Part shown: positions 58,728-64,000 of the stretch, piece by piece
Position numbering within the stretch: position 1 is the stretch's first letter
Layout of the letters: every line of letters starts with the position of its first letter
Source: Basidiobolus meristosporus CBS 931.73
Lineage: Eukaryota > Fungi > Basidiobolomycota
Length of the DNA: 64,000 bases
NCBI GenBank assembly: GCA_002104905.1
Contig: MCFE01000484.1
Location: 3,858 to 67,857, forward strand
Reading direction: 5' to 3'
The notes under the pieces: model-generated
Seen by the model: the letters and a program-made list of their open reading frames with translations, nothing else
Told to the model about the DNA's origin: nothing
The model's database searches: none
Program-made: the position numbers and the translations under genes

Positions 58728-61700
58728 TGTTACAAGTCTTGGTATAAGAGTTGCAGAGGAATAGGGAGTTTAGCTAGTATTGTATTCACTAAAACTTGAA
58801 CTGATTTTTATTGAGGTTCCAGCAGCTCCTTGTATTCATTTTGCCAGATCATTTGCAGAATAATTGTATTTCCAAATGTAGACTGTGGCTGATGACTCAT
58901 TTGATTGCATCATCATCATCCAATTAGATCCTACTTAATATATCTATTTCTGTCTGAAAAGGATCTGCTGATTCATTTGCTGACTAATGCTACTGATTTA
59001 ATAGATAATACTGATATACTGATATCCTAAATATATAACTTATTGGTTAGACTAAAAACTAATCTAACTTAAACATTCAAGCGGCTGATCATAACATTCA
59101 CCCCCACTAAAGTTAAGAGGGTTCTCCTGAATCTCTTTTCTTGTGATACCAATATCTTGATGGTTCAGTATTATCAGCAAGCCTTGCAAGCTTGAGTCTG
59201 TCTCTATGAACTAAATTTTCCCGGATATTCCCTTTTTTATCCACTTGTTAGTAAGCTGCAAATGGACATTCTCAGATGATCTTGAATGGTCCTGTCCATA
59301 GTGGCTCAAACTTCTTCCAAGTGTTGTTTCTTAGCAGTACAAAGTTGCCAACTGTCAAAGCTTGTGGCGCTATAGTCTTATCAAATCTCTGCTTCATCTT
59401 TTCTCTACTCTGAGATACTTTGGTCTGTACCTCTTAGCATCTTTGTTCCAGTTGCTGGTGTCTACTTGGCTGACTAAGCTCATCTTCTTAAGCATCTGTA
59501 AGCTTGGGTTGTGTGAGATCTCCTGAAATCCTTGGGTCACATCCATACACTAAGTAAAATGGTGATTGTTGGGTAGTGTTGTGCACTCTAACTCTGCAGG
59601 CAAAAAGTGCTGGATCTATATTCTCATCCCATCTACTGACAGCTCCATTTGCATACTTGGTCAGCATTTTTCCATATAATCCATTAAAGCACTCAGTGAC
59701 TCCATTAGTTCTGGGGTGATATGCCAAGGTTTTCAAGTGATTAATCTGCTGCATTTCCAGGTAAGCCTCTAATGTCTTTGCCATGAAGTTTGCTCCTCTA
59801 TCAGATAACATCTCTACAAGTATCCAAACTTCATCAGGATCTCATGGTAAATGAAACTTGCAACTTCTTGTTCACTAGCTATTGGTACAGCTTTAGCAAC
59901 TGGCCATTTAGTGGCATGGTCAGTTGCTACTAGGATCCAACAGTTGCATTTCCTGGTGGCTGGCAGTCTTCCAATAAAGTCAATTCCCCATCTCTGAAAT
60001 GGTCTTACAGGCTCCAAAGGGAAGAGCTTGGCAATTCTTTGTGGCTGGCCTTGAATGATTTGGCAGTTTGGGCATGCTTTCACTAGCTTCTCAATATCTT
60101 GTTTCATTCTGGGCCACCATGCTCTGGCTTTCACAGGGCTATAGGTTCCTTTAATTCCAAGATGTCCATATCCATTGTGTAGCTTATGTATTAAATCCAG
60201 GCAAACAACGTAAGGACAATAGGCAATAGGGCTTCCATCAACAATCTGGTAGAGTGTTTCATCCTGTACAACAAATTTGCTGGCTTCATCCCGGATTATC
60301 TTCTTTATCCCTTCATCCACCTTGTTAGGAATGGCTTGGTCCTCCAAGTATTGTTGTAACAAGCTAGGCCAATCTGATTCATGCACCAAGCTGAGTTGTG
60401 TCACTTGTTCTAGTCTTGATAAGGCATTAGCAACCGTGTTATTTTTCCCAGCACAGTAGACAATTGCCAAGTCAAATTGCTGAATGTATTCACTCCATCT
60501 TGTCATTCTTCTAGAGAGTACCTTCTGAGTAAATATATACTTGAGGGTGGCATGATCAGACTTTACAGTGCATTTGACTCCTTCAATATAGCAACTCCAT
60601 GTCTTCAGGCAGTGTATTATAGCTAGCATCTCCTTCTCTTGCAGAGGATAGTTTTGTTCTGTTGAGTTCAGTTTCTTGGACTCAAAGGCAACTGGGTAGT
60701 CCTTTCCCTTGTGTTTTTGGCTCAGTACTACACCAATTGCATAATCTGAAGCATCTGTGCACAGGGTAAACTCTTTTCTGAAGTCAGGTATACTTAAGCT
60801 TGGCAGCTTAGCAAGTTCATTCTTGAGCATCTGAAATGCAGTCTAACCGGCTATGTCCCACTTTTAGGTGTTGTCTTTCTTGAAGACATCAGTTAAAGGG
60901 GCTGCAATGCTTGCAAAGGACCTGACAATTCTCCAATAATAGGATGCCATTCCAAGGAATGATCTGAGTTCTGATATGCTATGGGGCTGCTTCAAATTCT
61001 TGATAATTTCAACCTTCTTAGGGTCTAAGGTCACTCCTCTGCTAGTCACTATGTGTCCCAGATATTCAACGTGTTCCTTGAAGAATTCACACTTGGCTAG
61101 CTTCCCATATAGCTTGTTCTCTCTTAGCTTCTTCAAGACCTCTTCAAAGTGTACCAAGTGATCCTCTTCTGTCTTGCTGTATATCAGCATATCATCTAGG
61201 CAGATTACAACAAACTTGTCTAAGTACTCCTAGAAGACAGTCTGCATCAGGGTCATCAATGTTGCAGGGGCATTGGTAAGGCCAAAACTCATGACTAAGT
61301 ACTTATAATGTCCATATTTGGTACTGAATGCTGCCTTAGGGATATCTTCTGGTTTTGCCCTAATCTGGTTGTATCCTGACATGAGGTCAATCTTGCTGAA
61401 TATAGTGGCTCCATTAAGTTGGTCTAAAAGCTCATCAATCCAAGGTATGGGGTACTTATTCTTGACAGTAACTGAGTTCAGGGCTCTGTAGTCAATGCAC
61501 ATCCTAAGTGTTCCATCCTTCTTTTTCACAAAAAGCACTGGTGCTCCCCACAGTGACTTGCTGGGTCTGATGTGTCCTTGCTCCAATAGCTGATCAATGT
61601 GTCTCTTCATTTCCTCCAATTCCAATGGACTCATTCTCTAAGGTGACTAGCTCACTGGAGGGCTATCTCCTGTGTCAATGGCATGATCCATGTCTCTGAC

Positions 61701-61855
61701 TGGTGGTAGGCTTACAAGCTCATCTGGAAACACGTCTGAATACTTCTTCAAGAGAGTCTGGACCTACTGGGGTGCTGGGGTAGCGGAATCCTCCTGTAAT
61801 ACCACCATGAGGAACATCTGGGTACCTTTTCTAAGTGCTCCACAGAACTGGGTCT
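58728..61855 (-). mobile_element. Ty3/gypsy copy C (3' LTR, INT, RH, RT; 5' part truncated), abutting or nested in gypsy B
   Basis: LTR 58728..59096 plus PPT; ORFs 59488..59811, 59814..60830, 60864..61190 and 61230..61634 closely match gypsy A. Confidence 0.93.
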
Positions 61856-62371
61856 AGCTGCCATGCTATCTCTGTGATTGTCTTGATAGCCCACCTAAGC
61901 ATTATCAGATGTGCCTTGAGATCTATCAGTAGTGATCTCTGGCAGTGGGGTTTAGTACTGGGCATTGGTGCTTCAGGTGCAGGGTTCAATTCCCACTGGG
62001 TCCATAATGCTGGTCAAGTCAGTGGTGTAAAAGTAGGCAGGTTTGCAAAACTTTTCTAAACCAAAACTTCATTTTTGTTGCCCAGACCCAAGTAAAAGTT
62101 AGTGTAGGCTGACTAACCCTAAACAGCAGCTTTATTTTTGCACTCCACCTGCTTATGCCCTTAGTGTGGGAGAGTGCTTGATGAATGGGAGCCATATGCT
62201 GATCCCTGGAGTGAGAATACATCACATACACATATCACAGATCTGTTAACATGAGTGACTTTATTCAAAATTGTAGACATTGAGTAATTTAGGTCATGCA
62301 AAACCAGTACAGTACAACTTGCAGCACTGGCATTTACTAATTCTAGCTGTGGGCACTCTAGTCTACCCAAC

Positions 62372-62839
62372 TCAGCAGCAGTCATCATAGCAATCATCCC
62401 AGCATGGGTCACAGCAATCATCATAGCAAGGATCATAGCAGGGATCACAGCAGTCATCATAGCAGGGGTCATAGCAAGGGTCACAGCAGGGATCACAGCA
62501 AGGGTCACAGCAAGGGTCACAGCATGGGTCACAGCAAGGATCACAGCATGGGTCACAGCAAGGATCACAGCAAGGATCACAGCATGGGTCACAGCAAGGA
62601 TCACAGCAGTCATCATAGCAAGGATCATAGCAAGGATCACAGCAGGGATCCCAGCAATCATCATAACATGGATCATAGCAGGGGTCACAGCAATCATCAT
62701 AGTCATTGTATGAGTAGCCTCTCTTCAGAACTTTACTGGTACCTTCAGCTGCCTGTCCATGGGGAAGGGAGAGTGTGGCTCCAAGGAAAAGAACACCAAC
62801 AACAGTAGCCAATGAGAGATTGCTGAAAGAGAACTTCAT
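62372..62839 (-). CDS. Secreted Cys/Asp-rich tetrapeptide-repeat protein (155 aa), function unknown
   Basis: MKFSFSNLSLATVVGVLFLGATLS signal peptide, KR (Kex2-type) at residues 39-40, then GYSYNDYDD, 26 C-(C/Y/W)-D-(P/D) units and CC-stop. Confidence 0.8.
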   Translation of the reverse strand: MKFSFSNLSLATVVGVLFLGATLSLPHGQAAEGTSKVLKRGYSYNDYDDCCDPCYDPCYDDCWDPCCDPCYDPCYDDCCDPCCDPCCDPCCDPCCDPCCDPCCDPCCDPCCDPCCDPCCDPCYDPCYDDCCDPCYDPCYDDCCDPCWDDCYDDCC

Positions 62840-63572
62840 TTTAGCTAAAAGAAAGAGAAGAGTTTGTATGGGAAGCCCACTAATAAGTTGAAGCAAGATT
62901 GAATGATGCTCTACCACTGCTGACCTTTCTGACTTAAATACATTTTCTCCTTGTCAGTCATCACCAATGATAGAGCCTCAGATATGTATCTATAGCACTA
63001 GGGGCATTATACCCACATCAGTAAATCAGGCCCAGCTGCCATCAGTAAATCAGGCCCAGCTGCCATGCTATCTCTGTGATTGTCTTGATAGCCCACCTAA
63101 GCATTATCAGATGTGCCTTGAGATCTATCAGTAGTGATCTCTGGCAGTGGGTTTAGTACTGGGCATTGGTGCTTCAGGTGCAGGGTTCAATTCCCACTGG
63201 GTCCATAATGCTGGTCAAGTCAGTGGTGTAAAAGTAGGCAGGTTTGCAAAACTTTTCTAAACCAAAACTTCATTTTTGTTGCCCAGACCCAAGTAAAAGT
63301 TAGTGTAGGCTGACTAACCCTAAACAGCAGCTTTATTTTTGCACTCCACCTGCTTATGCCCTTAGTGTGGGAGAGTGCTTGATGAATGGGAGCCATATGC
63401 TGATCCCTGGAGTGAGAATACATCACATACACATATCACAGATCTGTTAACATGAGTGACTTTATTCAAAATTGTAGACATTGAGTAATTTAGGTCATGC
63501 AAAACCAGTACAGTACAACTTGCAGCACTGGCATTTACTAATTCTAGCTGTGGGCACTCTAGTCTACCCAAC

Positions 63573-64000
63573 TCAGCAGCAGTCATCATAGCAATCATCC
63601 CAGCATGGGTCACAGCAATCATCATAGCAAGGATCATAGCAGGGATCACAGCAGTCATCATAGCAGGGGTCATAGCAAGGGTCACAGCAGGGATCACAGC
63701 AAGGGTCACAGCAAGGTCACAGCATGGGTCACAGCAAGGATCACAGCATGGGTCACAGCAAGGATCACAGCAAGGATCACAGCATGGGTCACAGCAAGGA
63801 TCACAGCAGTCATCATAGCAAGGATCATAGCAAGGATCACAGCAGGGATCCCAGCAATCATCATAACATGGATCATAGCAGGGGTCACAGCAATCATCAT
63901 AGTCATTGTATGAGTAGCCTCTCTTCAGAACTTTACTGGTACCTTCAGCTGCCTGTCCATGGGGAAGGGAGAGTGTGGCTCCAAGGAAAAGAACACCAAC
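63573..64000 (-). pseudogene. Second copy of the Cys/Asp-repeat gene with a 1-bp deletion at about 63715 (start lies beyond the window)
   Basis: GCAAGGTCAC here versus GCAAGGGTCAC in copy 1; real frameshift or sequencing error. Confidence 0.65.

Larger units (their letters stand above)
61856..64000. repeat. Head-to-tail tandem duplication of a 1.2-kb unit (61856..63057; 63058..beyond window end)
   Basis: Second unit matches the first apart from 1-bp indels; 24-bp direct repeat ATCAGTAAATCAGGCCCAGCTGCC twice at the junction (63017..63064). Confidence 0.96.

Noticed and set aside
62161-62808. His-rich (HSKD/HSRG) antisense ORF and hydrophobic (AVT/AMI) alternate-frame ORF; CRISPR-like appearance of the 12-bp repeats
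   Set aside because: Other frames of the 12-nt coding repeat; only the Cys/Asp frame has a signal peptide and KR site, and there are no unique spacers, so it is not CRISPR

Overview
Eukaryotic DNA from an early-diverging fungus: short spliceosomal introns with CTAAC branch sites and fungal-type RPS18, RPS19, PAN3 and ALG6. A Zoopagomycota/Mucoromycota, Basidiobolus-like origin is my guess and cannot be established from the sequence alone. The window has two compartments. (1) About 1-27.0 kb is CpG-rich and genic. It holds two near-identical copies of a secreted bacterial-type CHAP peptidoglycan-hydrolase gene, PAN3, a 7TM GPCR-like gene, a small secreted protein, an Mlx/Max-like bHLH-ZIP, a mitochondrial NAD+ carrier, head-to-head RPS18/RPS19, ALG6, a SAMHD1-like dNTPase, MRPS16, and a group I truncated haemoglobin inside a GC-rich island. 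(2) About 27.0-64 kb is an almost CpG-free nest of transposons: MITE-like palindromes, decayed CACTA/EnSpm-like elements, two full-length Ty1/copia copies (one with an open 1305-aa ORF), two copia solo LTRs, three Ty3/gypsy copies and a foldback MITE. It ends in a tandemly duplicated gene for a signal-peptide/Kex2-site protein built of C-(C/Y/W)-D-(P/D) tetrapeptides. The most promising candidates for new biology are the Cys/Asp-repeat secreted protein, the duplicated secreted CHAP amidase and the truncated globin island. All coordinates, counts and alignments were done by eye.
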